The notes under the pieces were generated by a model. It made no database searches, was not told the origin of the DNA, and was given only the letters and a program-made list of their open reading frames with translations. A DNA stretch of 64,000 nt from Paraspadella gotoi (Eukaryota > Animalia > Chaetognatha), in assembly GCA_051294375.1 (NCBI GenBank), contig CM119264.1, forward strand, positions 18,209,454-18,273,453, written 5' to 3'. The translations under genes and the position numbers were made by a program. This document shows, in pieces, positions 1-12,917 of this stretch (positions are counted from its first letter, which is position 1; the number at the start of each line of letters is the position of its first letter).

Positions 1-229
1 GTAGAAGTGAAGACATTCTCACCTTCACGAAGTGGGTCGGTGGAAGCGAAAGAAAAAATACAATCTTTTCTTTTTTCCTAACTTTTTTCATTCCTTTATG
101 TTTGTGACTTTTTTTTATTTTCTTTATGTCTAAAATTTTCTATACTATACCAAGTAGCGGGGCTAATTTATTCCTCCAATAGCTCATGATTTTGATGTAG
201 TTGTGTTAACTGCAGTATTAACACACACA

Positions 230-288
<59 letters not shown>

Positions 289-1680
289 CTTCGCTGGTTT
301 CTTCTCCGAGTCCACGAGACATAAAAGGGAAGAAGACGCTTGTGAAAAATTCATGAGGCAAAATGCAATCAGAAAAATATTGTCGCGCAATTATTANNNN
401 NNNNNNNNNNNNNNNNNNNNNNNNNNNNNNNNNNNNNNNNNNNNNNNNNNNNNNNNNNNNNNNNNNNNNNNNNNNNNNNNNNNNNNNNNNNNNNNNNNNN
501 NNNNNNNNNNNNNNNNNNNNNNNNNNNNNNNNNNNNNNNNNNNNNNNNNNNNNNNNNNNNNNNNNNNNNNNNNNNNNNNNNNNNNNNNNNNNNNNNNNNN
601 NNNNNNNNNNNNNNNNNNNNNNNNNNNNNNNNNNNNNNNNNNNNNNNNNNNNNNNNNNNNNNNNNNNNNNNNNNNNNNNNNNNNNNNNNNNNNNNNNNAT
701 TTTTCAGCAATCGGAAATTAATTAGACTAAACATACATAAAAACAAACAAGGAAAAACGAAAGGAAGAAACACGTAATTGACAAAGTGATCGTAAAATTA
801 CATATATAATCTGGAATAAACGAAAAAAAAACTGGACCCACTTTGTAACGACTAATCGGCTAATTGAATTAAAAACTCCCAACTATCGCCAACTGTTTCG
901 TCATCNNNNNNNNNNNNNNNNNNNNNNNNNNNNNNNNNNNNNNNNNNNNNNNNNNNNNNNNNNNNNNNNNNNNNNNNNNNNNNNNNNNNNNNNNNNNNNN
1001 NNNNNNNNNNNNNNNNNNNNNNNNNNNNNNNNNNNNNNNNNNNNNNNNNNNNNNNNNNNNNNNNNNNNNNNNNNNNNNNNNNNNNNNNNNNNNNNNNNNN
1101 NNNNNNNNNNNNNNNNNNNNNNNNNNNNNNNNNNNNNNNNNNNNNNNNNNNNNNNNNNNNNNNNNNNNNNNNNNNNNNNNNNNNNNNNNNNNNNNNNNNN
1201 NNNNNNNNNNNNNNNNNNNNNNNNNNNNNNNNNNNNNNNNNNNNNNNNNNNNNNNNNNNNNNNNNNNNNNNNNNNNNNNNNNNNNNNNNNNNNNNNNNNN
1301 NNNNNNNNNNNNNNNNNNNNNNNNNNNNNNNNNNNNNNNNNNNNNNNNNNNNNNNNNNNNNNNNNNTTTTTTTTTTAGCACGGCCTAGGTCTGATGAGAA
1401 TATGATGAGATCTGATAACAAATATGAATAAAACGAAACCCCAGGACTTACAGTGGAAACTAAGTGAGAGCCGTCTATTGTATAGGTGATAGTGATAGTG
1501 ATGATAGTGATACTTTGACGCTACTGACGACATTCCATGAGCTTAATGCCATACAAACATTGCCACAAATTCGATGCGTCTTGATACCATCGAAGAAATT
1601 CTATGGTTTTCTCGTCGCCAGCCGAGACGCGGTCAGGAACTCGAGCTTCGGTTTATCGTTGAAATATTTTGGGATCTTCG
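1..1680 (-). CDS. Possible exon fragments of an unidentified minus-strand gene, broken by N-gaps
   Basis: Protein-like frames IIARQYFSDCILPHEFFTSVFFPFMSRGLGEETSE (~396-290) and RVSAGDEKTIEFLRWYQDASNLWQCLYGIKLMECR (~1630-1527). No family recognised. Confidence 0.25.
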
Positions 1681-2567
1681 GAAGGATTAAACGGGTCAAC
1701 GGCCGAAGGAAATTGGATTCTCGTTGGAGGGAAAAGGGGAGAGAGACTGTGAATGATGAGGAAGGGAAGATCGAACAAATTGGATACTTGTTGAAAGGGA
1801 AAGGGTAAGAAGAATATGAATGATGTTGGTCAAGGAATCCAAAAAAAGTGAATTTCTATCTTAAGAAATATTATGGATTCGAACCAACGGAGTTTTTTTG
1901 TACTTAACAACATTGAAAGAAATACAAGCTAAGAGTGGCGGAGCGCGAAATTTTAGAATGTACATTGTACAAGTTTACATAAATATATTTACTAAATACT
2001 ACTCATTGTCTTGTAAAGTAAAGAAAGCATTGGTCCATTTCAGTATGCGGCCGACAGACTCTCGGCTACATGGAGACCGGACTTCGCGTCCGGCTCCGAT
2101 TCCTTTCACAACTTCGTCCAACAGATGGCGTCACAACCGCCCTTACGCCCCCCGAAGATATGGAAGGGCGAGATTGTTCATGTTTCGGACGCCAAGGTGA
2201 TGAAACGCGGAGATTGAAGATTCCCGAGAAGGATTCTGGCTCTGGTTGAAAAACGGATTTCAGTTTAAGAAATTTCTATGAAATTTGGTTACCAACCAAT
2301 ATAAAATCATGCTATTCATTAATAAGATGATAAATAAATAATAATAACATAAATAAATAAAATAATAATGACATAAATATCGTATGTTATTCAGAACTTA
2401 CAATGGACTAAGCTTTAAAAACCTTATTTTTTAAATTGTAACTTTGTCAAAGTCTTTAAGACAATTTTTCGTGAGTGTTAGACAAAATTTTTACTGCATT
2501 AAATTTTTATAATTTTTAACTCATAAGTTTAGCCAATCAATTAATTAAGAACCTTTTTTTTTCATAG

Positions 2568-3019
2568 GGGCGAGTCGTGATCTTCGAAACGGAAACGGAT
2601 ATTCGTCGTCGTCGTCTTCAGGAGGAAGAGGACAAATCATCGAAGGGAAACGAAGCGACGACGGACCCAGCTCAGGTCAGAGAGGTTATGCACTTTGCAG
2701 GTCGATACTAAAGTACAATCGCTTTTTAACTTATACAATATTATTTTGTATAAAAGCTAAAGTGACAGGGAGACCCACTCATTATTTCCTCTCATCTCCC
2801 CTCAGCCTGTTACCGACTCTCCGACCTCGACGATCCCGCCGACGACGGCGTCACTTTCCCCGGCGCCGACAACGATGCCGCCCGCGACGCCGCCGCCGCC
2901 GCTGCCGCCGCGGCAGGCTTCTCCTTCAGGAGGATGAGCGGCAGATTCGCTCGAGTCACCAGCGTCCACGGAGTGAGGCTGGTGGCCAATCAGGACGAGT
3001 CACAGTCGAAGATAAGAAG
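2568..3019 (+). CDS. DEG/ENaC/ASIC-family sodium channel, N-terminal exons (2568-2675 and 2806-3019; a possible further exon at 2044-2196)
   Basis: Exon 2806-3019 translates ...GFSFRRMSGRFARVTSVHGVRLVANQDESQSKIRR, containing the pre-TM1 'F-x-x-x-T-S-x-H-G' gating motif of DEG/ENaC. Splice signals are strong (tttttcatag|, cag|gtcaga, ccctcag|, AG|gtgagt). It ends in phase 2. Confidence 0.75.
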
Positions 3020-4524
3020 GTGAGTGAGGATCAAATAACGGGTGGGGGTCTTTCTCGTTCGCCGGGAAATAAAGAAGGAAAAAAAATTGATGATTTAGAT
3101 TAACGATGTATAATTAATAGTAACGTTTTTATTAAGTTAAACGAATCGCTATGACTCTCCTGGTAGTTTCACCCATTCTAAACACTATTTGATGGCAGCA
3201 GCTCCGAACGTTTACAGTTGTTGAGTTTCGATCGTTTTGTTTCCGAGAGCTTCGTCGTAAAGAAGCCAAAAAAAGGCAGAGAGATCTAGCCAGTCGCCAC
3301 TCACGCGGTGACCAGATCTGCTTCTGACCTCCCGCCAAGTCCACGCCCCTAATACAAGCTCCGCTCTGTAAACCCTCTTTACATTCTTCCCACCCTTTCA
3401 CCCCTCAACCGACTCACTTCTCAAACACTAAAAAGAAAAACGACCCGAAAAACTCTCCCTCTTTCAAAATCGGTCCAAATCCCGGGGCGATCTGTTTCGC
3501 GCATACGCATTTCGCATTAGTATTCCGTCTTCGCATTTCGCGCTTTCGAAATGGCGCCCCACGGGATCGATGGCGCCGGTCGAGACGAGGATAAAGACGA
3601 CGACGATGACGATGAACGAGGCGACGGCAACGACGAAAATTACGATGATAAGAAACTAAACCAGAGGGCGGTTGTGATAAAGATGAAAAGANNNNNNNNN
3701 NGCATTTCGCGCTTTCGGAATGGCGCCCCACGGGATCGATGGCGCCGGTCGAGACGACGATAAAGACGACGACGATGACGGTGAACGAGGCGACGGCAAC
3801 GACGAAAATTACGATGACAAGAAACTAAACCAGAGGGCGGTTGTGATGAAGATGAAAAGATGAATAGGAAGAAGAAAGAATTGCACTAATTGCCATATTT
3901 AATAAAACACAATTACGTGGTGGTCGAAGACGAAGAAATAATGCTGGCGACGAAACTGTCGAAAAAGAAAGAAAGCAGCATGAATCATGACGATAAACAA
4001 TCGCGAGAAAGATTACGATAAATACGATGAAGCCGACGTTAATGTTGACGATGAGCCGACAGAGAGCGAAGACGACGTCGACGGAGAGAGACGTCGTGGC
4101 GCTTGAAAGATGGAGTCGGGAAACAAAAGAACACATTCGTTAAAGCCGAAAAAAATTCGAACAAAGAAAGAAAAAAAATGGGTGAATTGCAACCACGGAG
4201 AGAAAGGAAAAGGAAAAGTGGGAAAAAATAAGAAAAATCAGAAAAAAAAGGGATTTTTCAAAAGTTTTGGGCCACAAAAAAAAAAACAAACAAACAAAAC
4301 AAAAATAAAAACAAGAACAAACCAACTCTCCTTCTCTTTCTCATCTTTGTTATATATTTTTTTACGAGGTGTGTAAACTCCAGTCCCGAATTTGATATAT
4401 AATTAAGTATAATTTTAAGTATACCCTTAATTAAGTATACCTTTGGAGCTTCATATCTCGTAAAGTTTGAATTTCGTTTTAGCAAAGTTTTTGAAAAAAA
4501 TTAAAACGATTTTATTTGTGATGA

Positions 4525-4568
4525 AGCGGACATGTTTCTGCTCACAATTTCGAACCTTCATCAGCGCT
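4525..4568 (-). ncRNA. Minimal type-I hammerhead ribozyme motif (imperfect stem II)
   Basis: Minus strand: AGCG CTGATGA A GGTTCG-AAATTG-TGAGCA GAAA CATG TC CGCT. Confidence 0.7.
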
Positions 4569-4971
4569 CAAGTGACATTATACCATGAATTTCGTTTTAA
4601 AAAAAGAAAAATTTCCTTTCGGCCAGAAATGTTTGCCTTTTTTTGCTGTCGCTTTTTTCATTGGTTTCGACCGATCTTCACGGTGAACGGCCTCGCTATA
4701 TCGGATCATCTTTGCAATTTTAATTTTCCTTTTAAGAGGCATCGTAGACAGCAGGTAAATATTCCATGACGCCTGAGAGAAATATGGTGGAATTTGAAAT
4801 AGGAAATCTCTTCTCAGCGAGTGAAAGAAAGAGAGAGAGATTGAGAGAACTATACATATATATACAGTTTCGTTTTCGATTTCGATAAAAATTGTGTTTC
4901 GACTTTTTTTCGTTGCGATTAAGAGAAAATAAAACTTTTTTTGTTGCAAACAACGATTTTTTTAGCATTAA

Positions 4972-5019
4972 AAATGGACGTGTTTCGACTCTTTGGTTTT
5001 TGAGTCTTCATCAGCGCTT
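4972..5019 (-). ncRNA. Minimal type-I hammerhead ribozyme motif
   Basis: Minus strand: AAGCG CTGATGA A GACTC-AAAAACCAAA-GAGTC GAAA CACG TC CATTT. Intact core, stem I with one mismatch. Confidence 0.8.
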
Positions 5020-7373
5020 AAACAATCCGAATTATCTTCGGCTGAGACAATCAGTCTGATTGGCAATGACGTTGCAACCATTTTTTAAAATTTGTAATAC
5101 ATCTCGTCAAAATCTGATGTAAAAAATATAATTGTGTGGTAAAAAAATTGTTTATTTTATTTTTTTTACAGTACAGTATATCTTTTTCGACTGTTTATTA
5201 TTTAAGCGAGCGTTTCTATTATTATAAATTGTTTGGGAAAAATAAAAAAAAAATGTTAGCAACAACGATAGTATGTTTTTGAATAAAAAAGTAGAAACAT
5301 GCTAACAAATTTTGTTATTTCTTCTAATCTCAAACACTACGAAGGATTCGATACAATGTATAGAAATTGTTTCAAAAGTACGAATTCACAATTAAAAATA
5401 GTAATTTTGCCCTCAATTAAATGAAGGAACATGAATACGTATTGCCAAGATAATAAATAATAAAGCAAATTTTTTTGTATAAATTTGGTTAAAAAAAAAC
5501 AAAAAAAAAACAAAAACAAAACAACGACCACCTAAAGAAAACCTCGAACTCTGAATTGAGTCGAAATGGTTCAATTTTCCCAGTTTTCCCGTCTCTTCAT
5601 CTCCGAGTGTCTCCTCCCTGTAATTCCGTTAAAAATTGTTGACCACAAATTGTAGGCGTCTCCGAGATCCGCGACGTGGCCGAGTCGATGAATCAGGATT
5701 AGACGCCGCGAAAATTGGACTCCTCCGAGCATTAGGGAAACCGCGGTGGCGCGACTGATGCGATTGACGCGCGCGTCAACTTGGCGGGATTGGCGCGATT
5801 CGTGCCTCGCTCGATCGGCCCTAAATGGCAACATCGCCGGGTTGGCGTGGATGGTACGTTTTCCCGCTTGGCGTCATTGTCGCGTTTTTCTTCGTGATTT
5901 TTACGTCGCGCGATTAGGGCGAGTGTTACTTCGCCCGGTTGGCGTGGTTGGTATACCGGGTTACTTTCAAGAAAATACTTAGTAATCTTTAATTATATTT
6001 CTACAGATGTTTCCTATCATCCAGCATGCTTTTTCTACTCGAAGAAACCGTCTCGGCGTTTATGGTAGAAACGTCGCCCGAGAAAGACTGGGAGCTTGAC
6101 CAAGCATTAACCAATATGGAGGCAAAAACGCAAGACAAAGGCGAATAAAAAAAGATTTTATGACAAAGATCCTAAAATGATGCAGAATTTTTCGATTTAT
6201 ACAAAATACTTAGTCCCGGGTATCGGTGACACGCCTACGCTATGCCAAAAGTTTTCAGACATTAGGCATTCAGGCATTCTAGTGGGTCAGCCAAGTCACA
6301 ACGAACCGAAAAAAAAAGATGAAATATATTACGTTGTGGCAAGTAAACGGGACTGGGTTCAGATCGAGAATGATTTATTCTCCAACAGTGTATAGAAAGA
6401 TCAACAAGTGTGCGAAATTTTTGTACGAATATGATTTTTGGTTAGCGTCATTCGATAAATTTAATTAACTGAGGAACGATTCTGAGATTCGGAACGGAAA
6501 ATAAATTACAAAGTTTGATCAAAGGAAAAGACTTGGATCCACTCGACCAGACATTTCTCTGGCAATAAGTTTTAGTTAAGGAAGACTTGGACGATGGAAG
6601 AAACCGACGATTCTCTTCTTTTCTCTCTAGGAAAAGAATAGAGAATTCGAAAGAGAGTTTTTATTATCCAGTTTATTGTTCAAACATCAAATATCACCCT
6701 AAAAGTATTTTTAAAAAAATCATTGTGGTTTTAAAAAAAAAAATTTAAAGTTAAAAGTAACAAATGAAAAAAAAAAACAAAGAACACGAAAAGAGAGCCT
6801 TTTAAGACGAAAACAATTTCGGATAACGATCTGTTTACGTTTCTAAACAAAGACACGTTTTAAGCGAATTTGTCGCGACGTCCCCGGATGTGACAAACGA
6901 CATTCTATTTTTAATTTCTTTTTGTCTCTGAAAGTATCTTTAACAAGCAGCGGCTATAAAATCCATTCACGGTCCATTCATTTCGCCCTTGGTCCTTAGA
7001 GCATCACAGCACGACGACTATCAAGTCCATGTCTATGGCAGGACAACGGGATTGCAAAGGCAAGGAAAAAATAATGGCAGGGCGAAAAGAAAATCGCCAA
7101 CGAGTGAACGTTTATCCATCAAGAGGAAAAAAAAAATAAGCGGCGGAGTGGTAAAATATTCTTCTAACCTTGAAATCGTGCAAAGGGAGAAAATGTGTGA
7201 AAAAACCTTGAAGTAAGCGTCGACGAGCAAATTGACTACAACTCAATACATTTTATTGTTTTTGTTTTACGCCAATTAAACCGCATTATCAACCCCTAGT
7301 TAAATCATAAGTTTCACCTCGGATTCTCCTCTTTGTAGGAAAAAAAATTAACGATAGCGACCGCAAGTTCAAT

Positions 7374-7441
<68 letters not shown>

Positions 7442-9637
7442 ATGTTTATACCCGCAAGAAAATATCACTTTCGCATCTCTCTCCTTTTCTCATCGTTTTA
7501 TTTACTTCCTTTTTTTATCCTTCGTCTTTTCTCAATTAAGCCTTGTCAGAGAGACAGAGCGCTCATCAACTCTTTTTCCCGACGGCTTCATCAGTCTCGC
7601 CTGCGATTGGCTGGTTGTGTTCGTGGTTCTCAACCAGTCAGAGTACGCCGGTTCCGCGTAGCGAGATCGTCGCCGCCTCTGATTGGTTGTTTTGATTTCA
7701 AGGTCACCTGACCCTGGTGGCTCCTCTTCAGACTAATTGTTCTCGAGCGGAGAGAGTTAAACATCCATTAAGAAACTGTTGCCACGTTGCGCGCTATCGC
7801 CGCCGTCGGCGAGAGTGAGAGAGTGTGTGAAAAATGCGCCTCTCATATCTGTGGGAGAGAGAGAAAGAGAGAGAGAGACAGAGACTGAGAGAGAGAGAGA
7901 GAAAAAAAGAGAGACAGAGAAACGCGCCCATTATAATTTTTAAAGATAGCGCGGGAGAAAGAGCGAATCCAGGCGCTCCTTTGAAGGAAGCTAATGAATT
8001 CAATGCAGCCTGGGCGTGCGTTGGAGTTAACTCGGAATGGGATGAGTAAGACTGGTGGATTCGACTGTGATGTCGGCGGTGGAGGCTTTTCGGGTGTTGT
8101 TTAAATAAAGTCATCCGGATCCATTCATCCAAACAAGTTAGACTTTTTAGTATTTGTTTCCGGCAAAGACACATAATCTTCAATGACATCCGCCAGCAAT
8201 GCTGTCTCTCAGAAACTTTGCGAGAAGAGAGAAATAGGGTAAGTGGAAAGAAAAAGTCGAATGCCCAAGATCATGATGTAAAGTTGGGAGGCGTCGAGTC
8301 TGGGTGGGCGTTTAAGCGGGCAGAAGGGATTCGGGGAACTTACCGTTCATTACTCCCGCTCTTTATGTATTCTCAACTTTCATGGGCGCGTCGCGAAACA
8401 AAAGGAAATGTTAATTGAAGATTCAACGTCTTTCATTTAAAATTTCTGTATTTATATATCTGCTTTTCTCTTTTAAGGAAATTTGATATCATTGATGTAT
8501 TAAGAAGTAAGAACTAGTTTTGTATGATTCACTTTTTAAATAATTGTCTGCTTTATGTGTTATCTTTTGATAATTTGATTCTACATAATAACTTTGTATC
8601 CCATATTAAATTAAATGCTACTTATTGAATATCCTTTCTTGACGGAGGAGGTAGTTTCGAAATACTATCTTTCTACATGCCTCCTTTTGCTTCCACTTCA
8701 AACTCTCTCGACCTTGATTTTTTTTTCTTAAAAAAGACTCGATTCAAACTCGATTTCTATTCCTCCTTCGTCCTTTTACTTCTCAATTTTTTCCCTCTCG
8801 CTTTTCTCCTTTTTTTCAACCCTCAACTCTTCCTCATTCTCCTCTTTATTTTGTTACCCTTTTTTTCTTCCTTCCTCCTTTATCTTTCGATTCCTCTTTT
8901 TCTTTAATTCCCTCCTCATAAATGGATAAAAAATAAATAAAATGAAAAGGAAAATTCAACGGAAATGAGGACGTAAAATTTCCTCGAAGGTCGTTATTTC
9001 TCTTTATTTTCGTTTTCATTTTACTTTGTAGAAATAGTATATGTTTTTTCGGTTTTTTTTCTCTTTCTCTGTTTTTCTTATTTAATTTTATCGTGTTTTT
9101 CTTTCGTCGTGCGAATACTTTTCTATTTTCTTTTTACCCACGATAAAGATTTTACGTACATACGTTTTCATGGATCAAATATTTTTATAATCGACACTTT
9201 TAGCCTTGGTACGTTTATTTACATCTCGAGGTGTTGTTTGGCATTACAAAGCGTTATTAAGCAAAGCTCAATTTCATCGAAAGCTTGTTTAATTTTAATA
9301 TTTCGGTCGTTTTAAACTTCGATTCTCAATCCTTTGAGCGGCGTACATAAATAAAAAAAATAACTTTACAAGAATATTAATAGTTCTAAGTAATATTAAA
9401 AATGCTACAAAGGCTCCAAGTTCCAAAATTTAGTATTATGCCTTATGTCTGAAACGTGAGTTAAAACTAAATGCCGAACTCAACCTTCCTTGGGCGTAGC
9501 GAGTTTTCCCACAATCCCCGAACCAAATCTTTTCCAAGGATAAAGACTCGATTGAATACTTGGACTGGAGGGAACAACGCCTCTTTGTTTTGACGTTTGT
9601 GACTTGACTAACAATCAGAGAGGAAGGGAAAAAAGGA

Positions 9638-9716
<79 letters not shown>

Positions 9717-9934
9717 ATTGGAAATTGATTTCCGCCATCTGGCAACGAGATTCCGCCTTTCGGCGCTGTTTTGACGGAGCGCCGATGGTGGCGCCATCGA
9801 TTTTGGTCGGCGTGGGTTTGGGTTTGTGGACTCCCTCCAAATGTGATGCGTGGGTTTTCGGGAGGGTGGTGGGCGTCGTTGGTTTTAATCCGTGGTCGAC
9901 CCAGGTGGCCCTTTTAAAATCGGCGCGTCTCTTC

Positions 9935-11572
9935 TAGGGTTCCGATAACCGTTAATTTTTGAGAAAAAATTTCCTTAACCGTTAAAACTAATTTTTTAAC
10001 GGTTAACCGTTAAATCGGTTAATTTTATTATTTAACTTGTAGAGAGGAAAACAATTTATTTGTTTTGTTTCAACGAATTTTTAGGACATTTTTTCGGACA
10101 TGTTTTGAGTCTACAATTAGAGTCTTCTCAGACATGCTGCAATGATGCTGCAATGCTGATAAAGACTCTAATTGTAGAGTTGAAACATGTCCTAAAAAAT
10201 GTCCTAAAATTCGTTGAAACAAAAAACAAATAAATTGTTTTCCTCTCTAAATTCGAAAACCAATGAAATCGAAAGTCTATACACATATATAATTTAACTT
10301 TAAATTTAAAAATATTATTATTAAATCAAACTAAAGTATTTAATAATATTTTATCTTTAACCCTTGCTCCTGAATCTTTTTTATCTTCTATTTCAGATAG
10401 ATAGGTACACATTTTAGTTAGTAAATGAAAAATTGGTTTGAGCAAACTATTTTGAATCTACCTATGATAATTTAGCTAATTAGATAATGCATCGTGATAA
10501 ATCTTACTTACAAAACTTTTTTTTGCCTCATAGCATAATAAAAATATATAAAAAGAACAAAGAAAGAAAAACCACAATGTAATTCTAATTCTATGTTTCA
10601 TTTTTTTCTTTCTCTCTCTATCTCTTTTATTTCATTATATCTCTTCATTATTTTTTTAGTTGTTAGTTTCTTGAACGCTTGTTTTCTGTTTTATTTTTTT
10701 TTATAAGCCATAACCATAAATATAAATATGAATAATAATTTTTTGATTTTAAAGTTTGATTGATCGATTAATCCAAAATTTATTGATTATTAAATATTTT
10801 TTTCAGTTTTTATTAAAAATATATCATGATTGAAGGATAGTTTAGTTAGCCTTAATGCCCATTTTAAGATTAGTTCCTTCTATTATTAATTTTTTTTATT
10901 ACTTTTATTTTTATTTAGTTTTTTAATAATTTTTTATTCATTTTGGTTTTATTTCATTTGCTTCTTTGTTTGTTTAAAGAGTGAAATAAAAAAATTATAT
11001 ATTATTTTAATATAGAATTTAATTTGTAAAAATGTATGCAACTATTTGCATGTGCATATATATTATATTTCAATATATTCTTTGATGTAAATGCATAAAA
11101 ATAATTGAAAGGAAAAACGAAAAAAAATTGGGAGAAAATAAGTAAGAAAAAAAAACACTAGAAGGGAAGAAAAAAAATGAAAAAGGTAAAAAAAAGAGAG
11201 AAAAGGAGAGAAAAAGAAAGGGGGAAAAGAGGGAGGGGAAAAGAAAGAAAGAAAAAGACAGGTACAAAAGGAGATTAGTATAGAAAAAAGATTAAAAGGG
11301 TGAAAATAACAAAGGAGAAAAAAAGGAAAAATAAAAAATGGAAAAGAGAGAGAGAGGTGAAAAAAATGGTGAGAAAAGGAGAGGAGAATAAGAGAGGACA
11401 AGAAAAAATTATTTTCTTTTAAAAAAATCAAAGATTTTATACCAAAAAATAAAAAATCATATTTAAAAATTAACCGAATTTAACCGTTAAAATAAATATA
11501 TTAACGGTTAGGTTAAATTATTTTTTAATAACCGTTAATAACCGTTAACTGTTAACGGTTATCGTAACCCTA
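9935..11572. mobile_element. Non-autonomous hAT-type DNA transposon
   Basis: TIRs TAGGGTTcCGATAACCGTTAA / TTAACGGTTATCGtAACCCTA; perfect 8-bp TSD GTCTCTTC (9927-9934, 11573-11580); subterminal arrays of TAACCG/CGGTTA; no coding capacity. Confidence 0.9.
10040..10249. mobile_element. Hammerhead-centred ~210-bp palindrome nested in the hAT element
   Basis: ~95-bp inverted arms, each carrying a degenerate HHR (plus strand: CTGATAA A GACTCTA-ATTG-TAGAGTT GAAA CATG TC at 10156-10191). Possible 9-bp TSD ATTTAACTT at 10030-10038 and 10292-10300. Confidence 0.7.
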
Positions 11573-11626
11573 GTCTCTTCGTTGGGGAAATAGGGACGCA
11601 CGAGTCAAGAAGGGAAGAGTTAGTAG

Positions 11627-11861
11627 CAAGGAAGGGTCAGTGGAAAGGAAGGGTCAGTGGAAAGGAGGATCAGTGGAAAGGAAGGATCAGTAGAAAGGAA
11701 GGGTCAGTGGAAAGGAAGGGTCAGATGGAAAGGAAGGATCAGTAGAAAAGAAGGATCAGTAGAAAGAAGGGTCATGTGAAAAGGAAGGATCAGTAGAAAG
11801 GAAGGATTAGTAGAAAGGAAGGAGCAGTAGAAAGGAAAGGTCAGTGGAAAGGAAGGATCAG
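11627..11861. repeat. ~17-bp minisatellite (GGAAAGGAAGG[G/A]TCAGT)
   Basis: About 14 imperfect tandem copies. Confidence 0.9.
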
Positions 11862-12877
11862 TCTTGGTTGTATGGAAAAGGATTAAACTGCTGAGACAAC
11901 TGAAAGAAAAATTAGGCTATTATACACAAATAAGCACAAGATGAGAACAAAAATTCTAAAAAGTAATTTAGAAAACAAATATTTTCTTGAAAAAATGTAT
12001 TAAAGTTGTTCCGATCATCGGGTCTATGCCAAGCTAATGACTAACAAGTTTTGAAAATTTTATTGATAAAAAAAAGTAATTGAGTTGCATTACGGAAAAC
12101 GTAAAATACAGTGAGAGAGTGTTACTATAATCTTGATAAAGGCGAGAAAGCACGAAGTTCGGTCGAAAGCCAAGGACGTTTAACGACTTTAGCAGCTTCC
12201 CGGCTTTCCGGCTTTTCGACCTCCGGGATCTCTGGCTTCCCGGCTTCCCAGCTTCCTAGCTTGCCGGATTTCGCAGATTTGACGTAGGGCAAAAACTTGA
12301 AGTCCTTGACACTGCAGTTCGTACCTTTAGCGGCACAGATTTTGAGAAAAAGGAATCCGCTTGCAGATGTGGAGGTCGAATTCCAGAATTTATCATTGTA
12401 TCATGTCAAATCTCTACTTTTAGAAAATTTTCATAAATAAATGAAAGCTTCGATTTCAAAGCAACAAAATAAAAAGGAAATTTTACAGTTATTTTTTAAT
12501 TTTATATACGTAATTACAAAATAGTTTTGAATTCTTAGGCTTGATCAGGAAAGAGAAGACAGACTGATAGAGAGGGAAAAACTAAAGTTGCAAAGAAACA
12601 ACAAGCAACAACACCGATTCAGATTAAAGCAAAAAATATAATCGTAAATGCCCCGAGTTATTGCAATTATTGCAAGGCATCGATTCGATCTCACAGCGCA
12701 TAAAAGCGTAACGATAAGAAAGTCAAAAGTTCTCCCAAGGTAAAAGTCGTTATGGAAGCGAATGAGAATTGAGACGGCGATGACGACGATGACGACGATG
12801 ACGACGATGAAAATTCTCCCTCCCTCCTCTTTCTTTCACTCGCCGGCGATCGCGGGGAAAATTAAGCTGATGGAATA

Positions 12878-12917
<40 letters not shown>

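Noticed and set aside
7575-7597. Additional CTGATGA hits (7589 minus strand, 1391, 21794, 24708, 41504) as hammerheads
   Set aside because: They lack a proper stem II followed by GAAA-NNNN-UH, and 21794 is the Tc1 SDES codons.
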